This document shows positions 1-9,871 of a DNA stretch of 64,000 bases, in pieces; the first letter of the stretch is position 1, and each line of letters starts with the position of its first letter. Source of the DNA: an uncultured virus (IMG/VR IMGVR_UViG_3300008113_000179) (taxonomy: Duplodnaviria; Heunggongvirae; Uroviricota; Caudoviricetes); the IMG/VR virus record IMGVR_UViG_3300008113_000179. The stretch is one strand, 5' to 3'. Under the pieces are notes generated by a model. It searched no databases, was not told the origin of the DNA, and was given only the letters and a program-made list of their open reading frames with translations. The translations under genes were made by a program, and so were the position numbers.

Positions 1-2367
1 AGTTCACCAGATGGTGTTACTTGGACTGTGCGTGACGGCAAGTATACAACTGTAACAGTAACATCAACATCTAAAGATACAACTGCTACAACATATACCG
101 CACAAACATTGCCAAGCACAAGCTATTGGACTGATGTTATTTGGACTGGAACAAAATTTGTTGCTATTGGTCACGATAATGCAGCAGCGATAGTTGGTGC
201 AACATCAACAGACGGTATGACTTGGAGTGCTTTGACAATGCCTAGCGTTTCTGCTTATACAGTATCAGCATTGGCTTTTAATGGTACTACTAAGTATGTT
301 GGATTAATTCAAGATTCACGCAACATTGTTTACTCTGCAGACGGCACAACATGGTTGTCAACTCTCAATGCTATTCCTACAACTGGCGGTTGGTCAGATA
401 TGGCGTATGGTGCTGATAAGTTTGTAGGTATCAGTGGTTCGCAAAACAGAACAGCTTATTCATTCGACGGAGTTACATGGCTCAACGGTACAATTAGTCC
501 TAGCTCAACAGAATACACAAGTATTGCCTACGGTAATGTTGGTGCAAACACTTACTATGTTGTAGTTTCGGGTTCATCTGGAACTAGTCAAGTGAGTGCT
601 TACTCTGCAGATGGTATCACATGGACAGCTGGTAACACTATGCCAACTGCCGATGTATGGAGTTCTGTAGCATACGGAGGTAGTAGATTTGTAGCAGTTG
701 CAGGTAACACAACAGGTACAACAACAACTAAAGCAGCATTCTCAACAAACGGTACTACATGGACCGCCGCAACAATGCCAGGCGCAGCAGCAGCTTGGAA
801 CAAAGTTATCTACGGTGGCGGTGCATTTACAGCGTTTGCTTATGGCAGCACACGTACAGCATACTCAGTTAACGGGTCAACATGGGTAGAAGGTCCAACC
901 AGTGCTTCGACTAGCACATGGTTAGCAGCTATCTATGGTAACTCACGTAACGTAGTCCTTTCTGGTGCAGGCAGCAATAAAGCAGAAAGTTTAAACTTTG
1001 TATTGGATACAAACTATCTAACAATGACAACACCTTCTACTGTGCTTGAAGTAAACCAAAGAATTAGATTCTCTGGAACAGTGATTGGCGGAATACGTAA
1101 TGATACACCATATTTTATTACTTCAGTTAACGGGACTACACAATTTACAGTATCTCTTAGCAAAGGCGGCAGTGCTGTTGTAATGAGTACTGCAACAGGA
1201 TCAATGACTGGCACAGTAAGTGCTGCTTATCAAGCATCGGTGTTAGGAAATCCTGGCGGAACTCCAAGATGGGTAGTCCTTAGTGACGGCATTGCTGGTG
1301 CATTGAATATTAGTCAAGGTGCTACAACCATGGCTAGAGCCTATGTTACTAATAATGCAATCAGTGAAGTTTGGATTAGAGAGCCTGGATCTGGTTATGT
1401 ATCAGCGCCAACCATGACAATCACTGACCCAAATAACACAGGAGTTGATGCGCCGGTGGCAGTAAGAATTGCAAATGGCGCTCTTGCACAACCAACATTT
1501 ACTAACAGAGGTACAGGATACGCAACAGCTACTTCAACGGTTACAGGTAACGGTTTTTCAGACAACTATCAATTGGGTAGTTATGTTGGATTTACCAATT
1601 TAACTGGAATTCCGTTCCCGGGTTCTAACGTACAAATTGCAGGAATTGACGACATTTGGTATAGACTTGTTAACGTTACTGGTGTGGCGCAAGATGCAAA
1701 TACTGGATTATATTCAGCCACATTGCAGATTAGCCCCCCAATTAATAACGCAGAGGCTCCTGATCATCTAACTGCAACAACAATTAGACGCAGATATAGT
1801 CAGGTTCGATTAACAGGTCACGACTTCTTGAGCATCGGTACTGGAAATCAAGTGAATACTAACTATCCAGGATTACCATTATACGATGCTATTCCTGCAA
1901 ACGAAGCAGTGGATAGTGGCGGCGGACGAGTGTTCTACACTTCCACCGACCAAGATGGTAACTTTAGAGTTGGTGGATTGTTTAACGTTGAACAATCGAC
2001 TGGTGTTGCAACATTGAATGCTGATGCATTTAACATTGCAGGATTGAACGAATTGAGCTTGGGTTCTGTAGCACTAGGTGGTACTGGTGCAGTTATTCAA
2101 GAATTTTCAACAGATCCGTATTTCACACTAAACTCAGATGCAGTAATACCAACACAACGAGCTATTAAAGCATATATCACCAGCCAAATCGGTGGCGGTG
2201 GATCGCAGTTGAACGTAAATACCCTCACAGCCGGCGTAATCTATATAGCTGGACAGACAATCAGTACAACTACTTCTGTTCAGATTAACATAAATACTAA
2301 GGTGAATTTCAAAGGTGGTATTGACGGTACCGCGCTTGCTTTAAATTACTTTTTATTGAATAATTGA
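1..2367 (+). CDS. Large tail-fibre/virion structural protein, C-terminal part (5' end lies outside the window)
   Basis: Frame is open from base 1; Thr/Ser/Gly-rich with repeated W-x-x-(V/I/M)-A-Y-G and S-x-D-G-x-T-W blades (beta-propeller-like); C-terminal YSQVRLTGHDFL...GGRVFYTSTDQDGNFRVG region typical of large myovirus fibre proteins. Confidence 0.75.
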   Translation, partial: SSPDGVTWTVRDGKYTTVTVTSTSKDTTATTYTAQTLPSTSYWTDVIWTGTKFVAIGHDNAAAIVGATSTDGMTWSALTMPSVSAYTVSALAFNGTTKYVGLIQDSRNIVYSADGTTWLSTLNAIPTTGGWSDMAYGADKFVGISGSQNRTAYSFDGVTWLNGTISPSSTEYTSIAYGNVGANTYYVVVSGSSGTSQVSAYSADGITWTAGNTMPTADVWSSVAYGGSRFVAVAGNTTGTTTTKAAFSTNGTTWTAATMPGAAAAWNKVIYGGGAFTAFAYGSTRTAYSVNGSTWVEGPTSASTSTWLAAIYGNSRNVVLSGAGSNKAESLNFVLDTNYLTMTTPSTVLEVNQRIRFSGTVIGGIRNDTPYFITSVNGTTQFTVSLSKGGSAVVMSTATGSMTGTVSAAYQASVLGNPGGTPRWVVLSDGIAGALNISQGATTMARAYVTNNAISEVWIREPGSGYVSAPTMTITDPNNTGVDAPVAVRIANGALAQPTFTNRGTGYATATSTVTGNGFSDNYQLGSYVGFTNLTGIPFPGSNVQIAGIDDIWYRLVNVTGVAQDANTGLYSATLQISPPINNAEAPDHLTATTIRRRYSQVRLTGHDFLSIGTGNQVNTNYPGLPLYDAIPANEAVDSGGGRVFYTSTDQDGNFRVGGLFNVEQSTGVATLNADAFNIAGLNELSLGSVALGGTGAVIQEFSTDPYFTLNSDAVIPTQRAIKAYITSQIGGGGSQLNVNTLTAGVIYIAGQTISTTTSVQININTKVNFKGGIDGTALALNYFLLNN

Positions 2368-2380
2368 TGGAGAATCGATA

Positions 2381-2710
2381 ATGGCAACAGGATTATTAGG
2401 ACAATCGGCACCCAATGCAGCACAATATACACAGGTATATGCAGTGCCAACTGGTTATTTTACAGCTTTGAGTATTTCGGTATTGAACCGAGCAGCCACA
2501 CAAGCTTCTATTAGAATAGCCTTAACAGGAAACGTAGCACCGGTGGCCCCTAGCGCAGCAGAATTCATCGAGTATGATACTATCCTCGGTGGTAATGGCG
2601 TTCTAGAAAGAACAGGCATCATGCTTAATGCAAGCAAGTACGTGGTTGTCTACTCCACTACAGCAAACATATCAGTTTCTGTATTTGGAATCGAAACTTC
2701 AACAACATAA
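2381..2710 (+). CDS. Small virion-associated beta-rich protein (hypothetical)
   Basis: GGAG SD upstream, 109 aa, in the fibre gene run. Confidence 0.6.
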   Translation: MATGLLGQSAPNAAQYTQVYAVPTGYFTALSISVLNRAATQASIRIALTGNVAPVAPSAAEFIEYDTILGGNGVLERTGIMLNASKYVVVYSTTANISVSVFGIETSTT

Positions 2711-2727
2711 TTTAGGAGAAACATAAA

Positions 2728-3054
2728 ATGGGACGTCAGGTAACATCCTTTGGAACAGATGCAGTTGTTAATAAGACTATTACAGCTACATACACCGCAT
2801 CCGCAGGCGAACGAATTTTCGCTAATGCAACTGCAGGCGGCTTTACACTTACTCTACCACCTGCACCAGCAGACGGCGATACAATTCAAATTATCGACGT
2901 AGCCGGTATTTTTGGTACAAACAATGTAACGCTAGCAAGAAATGGTGTGAAAATACAAAATTTAGCTGAAGATTTAATTTTAAATTTAAACAACGCAGCA
3001 GTAACAATGATCTATTCCGGCGCAGCATTTGGCTGGGTATTCATTGGACCATAA
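2728..3054 (+). CDS. Small tail-fibre/baseplate-type domain protein
   Basis: AGGAG SD; motif FTLTLPPAPADGDTIQIIDVAGIFGTNNVTLARNG resembles the T4 gp9/gp10-like repeat common in phage fibre proteins. Confidence 0.6.
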   Translation: MGRQVTSFGTDAVVNKTITATYTASAGERIFANATAGGFTLTLPPAPADGDTIQIIDVAGIFGTNNVTLARNGVKIQNLAEDLILNLNNAAVTMIYSGAAFGWVFIGP

Positions 3055-3067
3055 TTAGGAACACGAA

Positions 3068-4090
3068 ATGACAAAACTATCAGATATTTTGTCTACAAGA
3101 GAGATCAAAGCCAACGAATCTAATCTCGAAAGAGGTAGAGTGTGGACAGTATCGCCTACGACAATGTATACTTGTATCCATGATTCAAGTAGATATTGCT
3201 GGATGTCTCCGGGTTGTGGAACATTAACTATTGAGATGTGGGGCGCCGCTGGCGGTAGTTCACGTATGTGTTGCTGCGGATTCGGACTTCCAGGTAATGC
3301 TCCTGGATATGTCAAAAAAACAATCGCAGTTTATTGCGGTAGTTGGATATGCGCTTGCCCAAGTCAAGCATGTAACGCTCATAGCTTATGCTTTGAAGGT
3401 TGCGGCTTACCATCATATTTGGTGTGGGATTGTGCTAGAGATCTTTGTGGATATACTCGAGGTTGCTTGTGCGCTCAGGGCGGACGTGGCGGCACATCAA
3501 TTTGCTCAACAACTACATCAGCATACTGCTGTTTCTTATTTTGTACATTCTGTACAACACGTTTACCAGGTGATAACTGTGGTATTGTTTGTAATCAGTG
3601 CCCTGGTGCTTGGATTGGTTGCGGCTACGGCGGCGATATCAACTGCTGCGGTGGTATTAGTTACGTAGCATTTAAAGGTTGTTTACCAAGTTGCCCATGT
3701 CAAACAGAAGTTTACTTGGCGGCAGCGGCAGGTATATACGGCGAAAAAGGTGCATTCATGGCCTATGCAGTAGATTCCGATCCAGAATTTGATCAGTGGT
3801 CCGGAGCAGGCAAGATGGGTTCTATGCATGCTACAGCGCAAACAAGTCGTTGGCCAGGTGGCGGTATTGGTTGGACAAGTTGCTATAACGGTAACCAAGG
3901 TTGCGGTTGCTATGATTCAAACGGTTGCTACCCATACTTGCCATACGGTGTTGGTGCTCCTCCGTCATTCCCATGCCCAGATGTCCGTGATCACGGTAAA
4001 CGTGGCGGTCATGGTGCTATTAGATTGACATACAGAGGTAGCAATCCTACAACCGGTCAAAACTGTGCGAAATTTGGAGGCGCTTACTAA
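3068..4090 (+). CDS. Cys-rich, Gly-rich fibre-associated protein, paralogue 1
   Basis: About 36 Cys in 340 aa by manual count; EMWGAAGGS..MCCCG..LPGN, GGRGG, YGGD.NCCGG and RGG.G..R motifs shared with the next two ORFs. Confidence 0.75.
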   Translation: MTKLSDILSTREIKANESNLERGRVWTVSPTTMYTCIHDSSRYCWMSPGCGTLTIEMWGAAGGSSRMCCCGFGLPGNAPGYVKKTIAVYCGSWICACPSQACNAHSLCFEGCGLPSYLVWDCARDLCGYTRGCLCAQGGRGGTSICSTTTSAYCCFLFCTFCTTRLPGDNCGIVCNQCPGAWIGCGYGGDINCCGGISYVAFKGCLPSCPCQTEVYLAAAAGIYGEKGAFMAYAVDSDPEFDQWSGAGKMGSMHATAQTSRWPGGGIGWTSCYNGNQGCGCYDSNGCYPYLPYGVGAPPSFPCPDVRDHGKRGGHGAIRLTYRGSNPTTGQNCAKFGGAY

Positions 4091-5319
4091 TGACAACGTT
4101 AACACAACTATTAGGTAATCGCGAACTAGCGTTTGAAGATAACTTAGAAAAAGGTCGTATTTGGGTTTACTCAGAAGGCAATATGTACACAGGATTCTGT
4201 AATGGATTCTGTTGGAAGCCACCGGGAACTGGTACGGCTGTTATTGAAATTTGGGGTGCTGCAGGATCTGGCGCAAAAATGTGTTGTTGCGGTGCTGGAT
4301 TACCAGGTAACCCTCCTGCTTATGTAAAGAAAACAGTCTGTGTATGTCCATCAAACTATGTTTGTGGTTATGTAGGTCGTAGCTGCAACAACTCTGACTC
4401 ATTGTGTTTCCGTGGTTGTTCAGAGTCAACTTGCGTATGCTGGTTTGGATGCTCACCATTGGCACTTTATGAAAGTGGCACACAACCAAAACAACAAAAT
4501 TCATGGAAAGGTAACAATCCGTGGGGCTGGGGCTCTGGATCAGCCGACCCAATTACCAGTGACGCAAACTGGACCGGTCAATCATTTATAGGAACTACTG
4601 AAGGTAACTTTGGTGCAAATAATAACGGATCTGGTTTTAAAGATGGATTCCAAGTTTGCCGTGCAGCAGGAGCCACTAACGGTTGCTTGTGCGCACACGG
4701 CGGTAAAGGTGGCTTAACATACTGTATGGATGATAAATCACCATACTCATGTTTTATCACTGGCGGACATTGCGGTACAAGAATGGGACCAAGACACAAC
4801 ATGTGCGACACAGCACGTTCTGCTTGCGGTATGATCTGTAACATTTGTGCAGACGGCGGCGGTGTGGGCTGGATTGCTTGTGGTTACGGCGGCGATTTAA
4901 ATTGCTGCGGTGGTTGGTCATGCGTTAGTTTTGCCGGTTGCTTAGAGCAATGTCAATGCCTAACAATTTATCACCATGCAATTGCAGCAGGAATTTTTGC
5001 AGATGAAGGCGGAGTTGCGTCCTATACTCCAGAAGGTGATTCACCTTTTGCTTCCTGGGCAGGTGCAGGCGTTGCAAGTTCAATGAACGCCATGATGACC
5101 ATGAGTCGTGCTCCAACATCAATACAGCACACATCATGTTGGGCTAATAATAGAGCATGCGGATGTTATCAGATGCAAGGCTGTTACCAGTTTGTGCCGT
5201 ACGGCATGCCAGGCGCTGCCGCTCATCCGTGCGGTGAAGTTCGTGACCAAGCCGGTCGTGGCGGTATGGGTAATGTAAGAATTAAATATATCCCGAACGA
5301 AGGAGGCAGCTCGTACTAA
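4090..5319 (+). CDS. Cys-rich, Gly-rich fibre-associated protein, paralogue 2 (with ~65-aa Cys-free insert)
   Basis: About 36 Cys in 409 aa; same motifs; start overlaps the previous stop (TAATG). Confidence 0.75.
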   Translation: MTTLTQLLGNRELAFEDNLEKGRIWVYSEGNMYTGFCNGFCWKPPGTGTAVIEIWGAAGSGAKMCCCGAGLPGNPPAYVKKTVCVCPSNYVCGYVGRSCNNSDSLCFRGCSESTCVCWFGCSPLALYESGTQPKQQNSWKGNNPWGWGSGSADPITSDANWTGQSFIGTTEGNFGANNNGSGFKDGFQVCRAAGATNGCLCAHGGKGGLTYCMDDKSPYSCFITGGHCGTRMGPRHNMCDTARSACGMICNICADGGGVGWIACGYGGDLNCCGGWSCVSFAGCLEQCQCLTIYHHAIAAGIFADEGGVASYTPEGDSPFASWAGAGVASSMNAMMTMSRAPTSIQHTSCWANNRACGCYQMQGCYQFVPYGMPGAAAHPCGEVRDQAGRGGMGNVRIKYIPNEGGSSY

Positions 5320-5320
5320 T

Positions 5321-6313
5321 ATGGCAAATTTAAAAACATTAGTTGAAAGAAAACTAGATCAAATCGAGTTAGATGAACGAAATCTAGAGCAAGGCAAAAT
5401 CTGGGCATACAGCTCAGCAGCAGAATACACAAACTTTATTGGTGGCTTTTGTTGGATTGCTTGTGAAGCAGGACGTATCCTACTTGAAACTTGGGGTGCA
5501 GGCGGGTCAGGAGCACGTATGTGCTGCTGTGGACACGGCGTCCCTGGCAATCCAGGAGCATATGCTCGTAAATGTATCTGCGTAGCAGCAGGTGACTTTG
5601 TCTGCGGGTATGTAGGTAAAAGCTGTAACAACGCTGACGCATTGTGTTTCCGAGGTTGTTCTGAAGCAACGTGTGTTTGCTGGTTTGGACGCAATCGCAA
5701 TACAGGTGTAGCAGTTAATGGCTGCATGTGTTCAGAAGGCGGTCGTGGCGGAACAACATACTGTAATCCATCAGGCACAATTTTCTGTTGTTTTGTAGGC
5801 GGAAACTTCTGTAACACAAACTATTCAAACGGTACTTGTGGTATTATCTGTAATTATGGTTCTGGAACAGGATCATGTTGCGCAGAGGCCTACGGTGGCG
5901 ACATAAATAAACGCGGTGGATTTAGCTGCGTCACATTCTGGACCTGTTATAGTAACTGTCCATGTTCAACACATTATCACGCAGCAATTTCTCCAGGGTT
6001 CTTTGCATGTGATGGCGGTGTTGTGAATTACAGTACTGAAGCAGATAGCGGATTCTCAGAATGGTCGGGCATGGGATATCATCAATATATCCAAGCTCTA
6101 AATCACATGAGCAGAAGTCCACAGCGTGGAACTCCATGGACAAATTGCTGGAACTCTACAAGAAGTTGCGGATGTTATGATACACAAGGTTGCTGGCCAA
6201 TGTTACCTCCAGGTGCAGGAGGATTACCAGCTACACCATGTGGTGATGTTCGTGATAACGGATGGCGCGGCGGATTAGGTTTAGCAAGAATACAATTTAT
6301 TTCAAGGAATTAA
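5321..6313 (+). CDS. Cys-rich, Gly-rich fibre-associated protein, paralogue 3
   Basis: About 33 Cys in 330 aa; same motifs; starts 1 nt after the previous stop. Confidence 0.75.
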   Translation: MANLKTLVERKLDQIELDERNLEQGKIWAYSSAAEYTNFIGGFCWIACEAGRILLETWGAGGSGARMCCCGHGVPGNPGAYARKCICVAAGDFVCGYVGKSCNNADALCFRGCSEATCVCWFGRNRNTGVAVNGCMCSEGGRGGTTYCNPSGTIFCCFVGGNFCNTNYSNGTCGIICNYGSGTGSCCAEAYGGDINKRGGFSCVTFWTCYSNCPCSTHYHAAISPGFFACDGGVVNYSTEADSGFSEWSGMGYHQYIQALNHMSRSPQRGTPWTNCWNSTRSCGCYDTQGCWPMLPPGAGGLPATPCGDVRDNGWRGGLGLARIQFISRN

Positions 6314-6314
6314 G

Positions 6315-6965
6315 ATGAGAAAAACATTTACAGCGGTTCTACCAGACGAACCATACAAAACTACTACTAGACTAAACAGAACAGTAGAGTGTTACTATGT
6401 TGGAGCTCGGTATGTTTTGGTTAGAATAGAAAAGAGCGACGGCAAATATTTTTGCGTGGACGGTTATGCTGAAACTCTAGAAGGGTTAGATTCTTCTAGA
6501 TTAACAGCCGAACAGTTACAACTAGATAGTCACGAACAAGTGGTAATTGATGCTGACGTTGACACATGGATGGCAGCTCATTTGACACATGAGTATGAGC
6601 ATACTGCTGTTCCAAACTACGTAGAAACATTGTCTACTGGTGAAGTATATGAATACCATTATGACGATATTCAAAGTGCATGTACACAGCCTTACTACAC
6701 AAACGATTCATACTACAAGAAGGAAACAAATTCTTGGATTCGTCCAAGAATGAGAACACATGCTATTACTCGTGCTTCGTTCATGGAAGGTGTATCTAGC
6801 CAAATTGGTTCAATTGAAGAAATTGTGATTCGCAATGTTCTGCCTGCTGATCGCCAAGCTGAAGCTGTTGCGTATCTAACTTTCTTAAAATCAATAGCAA
6901 CAAAATATGCTAATATTGATCACTGGAAAATTAGATTTCCAAAATATCCAAATCTACAGGCATAA
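6315..6965 (+). CDS. Putative tail-fibre assembly chaperone-like protein
   Basis: Directly coupled to the Cys-rich trio; C-terminal YLTFLKSI..KY...DHWKIRFPKYP resembles the helix plus W/F-P-x-x-P ending of phage tail assembly chaperones. Confidence 0.45.
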   Translation: MRKTFTAVLPDEPYKTTTRLNRTVECYYVGARYVLVRIEKSDGKYFCVDGYAETLEGLDSSRLTAEQLQLDSHEQVVIDADVDTWMAAHLTHEYEHTAVPNYVETLSTGEVYEYHYDDIQSACTQPYYTNDSYYKKETNSWIRPRMRTHAITRASFMEGVSSQIGSIEEIVIRNVLPADRQAEAVAYLTFLKSIATKYANIDHWKIRFPKYPNLQA

Positions 6966-6983
6966 TTTAATTTAAAAGCCAAG

Positions 6984-7039
6984 ATAGGCCTTGTACAGTT
7001 AGTCGAAAGGCTATATAATCTGTACATAGGCCTATTTTT
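6984..7039 (+). terminator. Long imperfect hairpin with GAAA loop and T tail; probable terminator of the fibre operon
   Basis: ATAGGCCT-TGTACAG-TTAGTC GAAA GGCTA..CTGTACA-T-AGGCCTAT followed by TTTT. Confidence 0.55.
6991..7019 (+). promoter_or_regulatory. sigma70-like promoter upstream of the GT9/carbamoyltransferase pair
   Basis: TTGTAC-17 nt-TATAAT, embedded inside the hairpin. Confidence 0.5.
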
Positions 7040-7050
7040 ATGGAGTTTAA

Positions 7051-7986
7051 ATGAGCAAATCAAAAGCATTCTTTGTCAACGGTGGTGCCGGCCGTATGAT
7101 AGCATCAATACCGGCATTTGAAAAATACGAAGCAGAATCCGAAGACAAAGATTTTATTATCGTCTGCGAAGGCGGCACAGATATTTTTAAAGGACATCCT
7201 ACACTAGATGAACGCACATACGATATCTGGCATAAGGGTCTTTTTAAAAATGAATTAAAACATCGCGAAATCCTTACTACAGAACCATATAGAGTTTGGG
7301 AATATTATAATCAAAAATGCTCTATTAGCCAAGCATTTGATATTCAAATTAATGATAAAGGCATCCGCGAACTACCAAAACCCACACTACGCCTAAGCAA
7401 AGACGAGCTATTAATGGGACGACAATTGGTCGGTGATGTTAAAAAGAAACTTAAAAAAGAAAAAATTATTGTAATCCAACCGTTTGGTCGTGGCATCGAG
7501 TATATCGACGAAACACTAATTGATAAAACAGCTAGAAGCTTTGAACTTAAAGATCTTAAATCTATTGTTAAAAAATTACAAGCTAACGATTATGGTATAA
7601 TTTTAATGGGTGAATTTAAAGTTGATTTTGCAGACGCCAAACTTAAAGACGAAGTAGCTATGCCAGAAAATGTTAGTCCTCGGATATGGGCTGCAATTAT
7701 CAAATATGCAGATTACTTCTTAGGCTGCGACAGCCTAGGTCAACATCTAGCATATGCAATGGGGCAGAAAGCATCAGTAGTAGTAGGTTCTACATTCCCT
7801 ATCAACGTATCCTATCCCGATGTTCCGGAGTTTGATATTTTAGATATGGGCGAAGTTAACAGAGAATATAGTCCAATTCGTATTTTGCCTGATGAAAGGG
7901 TTGATAGAATGAATGAAAATATTATGACAATGAATGAAGATATAACTACACTAGTTGTAGATCACGTTTTGGGGAAAAAGGAATGA
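7051..7986 (+). CDS. Glycosyltransferase, GT9 (heptosyltransferase-like, GT-B fold)
   Basis: N-terminal GGAGRMIASIPA (cf. GGIGD motif), IVIQPFG, and IKYADYFLGCDSLGQHLAYA (cf. D-S-G-x-x-H-L-A of GT9). Confidence 0.7.
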   Translation: MSKSKAFFVNGGAGRMIASIPAFEKYEAESEDKDFIIVCEGGTDIFKGHPTLDERTYDIWHKGLFKNELKHREILTTEPYRVWEYYNQKCSISQAFDIQINDKGIRELPKPTLRLSKDELLMGRQLVGDVKKKLKKEKIIVIQPFGRGIEYIDETLIDKTARSFELKDLKSIVKKLQANDYGIILMGEFKVDFADAKLKDEVAMPENVSPRIWAAIIKYADYFLGCDSLGQHLAYAMGQKASVVVGSTFPINVSYPDVPEFDILDMGEVNREYSPIRILPDERVDRMNENIMTMNEDITTLVVDHVLGKKE

Positions 7987-9812
7987 CAGTTACATCAATA
8001 AAGAAAAACAATTCTGCAGAAAAATCAATATGGATTGCTGCTATTGCTCGAGGTCATAACTCGGGTGTATGCTTGCTTAAAGACGGAGAGGTAGTATTTT
8101 CTATCGAAGAAGAACGTCTAAGCCGTCAAAAGTATGACGGCGGCCCGTTTGCCAGTATGGTAAAGATTTTAGAGTATACTGACAAATTGGATTATCTAGT
8201 AATTGCACATACACAGCCCTTAAAAGAAACTGCTGGCAAAATTGATTATAGCGGCGATGATGTTTATACTGGCCTAGCACGTAAATTAGGACTAATTGAT
8301 CGTAAACAAAATTCGCATAATCATCCGCAGGTAGTTGATTTAGCATTTATGCATCACAAGCTACATGCTGCTTGTGCATTTTATCGTTCGGGATTTAAGG
8401 ATGCAGTATCATTAATTGTTGATGGTGCTGGTACATTCTATCCGATGAGCTATAACGATACTCAATTAATGCTATGGGAAGTCGAATCTATTGTTGATTG
8501 CGAGTATCCAGCAACCTTTAAAACATTATACAAGCATTACGGAACACGTGAACCGATTGCGGGAGCGTATTTGCCAGAATTTTCTTCTCAACCACTAGGT
8601 GAAGAAGGCGATACACACGAAGCATGGATTAGTGATCGTGCAGGTATCGTTAAGGTTTACGAAGGTGTAACAGAATATTGCGGATTCAGTGCGATCGAAG
8701 CTGGAAAAACTATGGGGCTATTTCCATATGGTACAGATAATCCTGCAATTCCTAAATTGTTTGAAACCGATTCTAAGATTCCGTTGTCAAATCGTAACTT
8801 GATGGTTCCACGTTATCCAATGAGTTCTACAGTAAATGCAATGTTATTTGATTACTTAGATACGTTTCCGGAAAATGACAACGACGACCTTACACATATG
8901 CAAAATCGCCGTGATATGGCATATGCTGTACAAACACAAACACAAGAACAAGTTCTTCGTTTAATCCGGTTGGCTTGCGAAAAGAGTGGCAAAAAGCAGG
9001 TGGTATTAAGCGGCGGTTACGGATTGAACTGTGTTGCCAATTATTATTATCTCGAACACCTAAAAGAAGACGGCATTGAATTCTACGTTGAACCTATCTC
9101 AAACGATGCAGGCACAGCAATGGGTGCTGCTATGATGTTTTGGTATGGATTGCAAGACGATGTAACAATTCGTCCAGGCACTACCTTATATCTTGGTCCT
9201 CCGTTGTCGTATACTAAAGACGAAATCAATGACAAAGTAGAAGAAGCTGGAGTAGAAATTACTGACGCTACAGCCAAAGATGTTGTTAAGCTGTTACGTG
9301 AAAAGAATATTGTTACAATTTTCCAAGGACGTTCAGAAAACGGCCCACGTGCCCTAGGCAATCGTTCAGTGCTATTTGATCCAACTTTTGTAGATGGTAA
9401 AGATTATGTTAACGAAGTCAAGCATCGTGAATACTTCCGCCCATTTGCTGGATCAATTCTAGAAGAAGATGCGCACGAATGGTTTGATTTGCGTGGAATG
9501 AAAAACAGCCCATTCATGATGTATGCTGTAAACTGTCAGCCGGGAGTTGAAGAAAAGATTCCAAGTATTATCCATGAAGATCATACTTGTCGGATTCAAA
9601 CAGTTAATCCTGAGCAGAACAAACACTACTATGATTTGATTAAGGCATTTAAAGAAGAAACAGGTGTTCCTATCCTGTTTAATACCAGCTTTAATCTAGG
9701 TGGTGAGCCCTTGGTAGAAACGCTAGACGACGCTATCTGGACTCTTCAAAATTCAGATATTGAGTATCTTTACTTGCCAGAACATGGTAAATTAATTAAA
9801 GTTGCTAATTAA
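7983..9812 (+). CDS. Carbamoyltransferase, NodU/CmcH/TobZ family, full length
   Basis: HNSG..EEERLSRQK, HHKLHA, DGAG, GKTMGL, LSGGYGLNCVAN, DAGTAMG, E.GPRALGNRS, VK.RE.FRPFA, NTSFNLGGEP motifs. Confidence 0.95.
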   Translation: MTVTSIKKNNSAEKSIWIAAIARGHNSGVCLLKDGEVVFSIEEERLSRQKYDGGPFASMVKILEYTDKLDYLVIAHTQPLKETAGKIDYSGDDVYTGLARKLGLIDRKQNSHNHPQVVDLAFMHHKLHAACAFYRSGFKDAVSLIVDGAGTFYPMSYNDTQLMLWEVESIVDCEYPATFKTLYKHYGTREPIAGAYLPEFSSQPLGEEGDTHEAWISDRAGIVKVYEGVTEYCGFSAIEAGKTMGLFPYGTDNPAIPKLFETDSKIPLSNRNLMVPRYPMSSTVNAMLFDYLDTFPENDNDDLTHMQNRRDMAYAVQTQTQEQVLRLIRLACEKSGKKQVVLSGGYGLNCVANYYYLEHLKEDGIEFYVEPISNDAGTAMGAAMMFWYGLQDDVTIRPGTTLYLGPPLSYTKDEINDKVEEAGVEITDATAKDVVKLLREKNIVTIFQGRSENGPRALGNRSVLFDPTFVDGKDYVNEVKHREYFRPFAGSILEEDAHEWFDLRGMKNSPFMMYAVNCQPGVEEKIPSIIHEDHTCRIQTVNPEQNKHYYDLIKAFKEETGVPILFNTSFNLGGEPLVETLDDAIWTLQNSDIEYLYLPEHGKLIKVAN

Positions 9813-9839
9813 CAAAAAGCCCGAAAGGGCTTTTTTGTT
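9811..9839 (+). terminator. Rho-independent terminator (possibly bidirectional)
   Basis: AAAAAGCCC GAAA GGGCTTTTTT right after the stop codon. Confidence 0.9.
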
Positions 9840-9845
9840 AACTGA

Positions 9846-9851
9846 TAAATA
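9846..9851 (+). promoter_or_regulatory. T4-type late promoter core (TAAATA)
   Basis: GATAAATA just after the terminator, upstream of a structural gene. Confidence 0.6.
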
Positions 9852-9871
9852 CATATTATTGGATATAGCTC

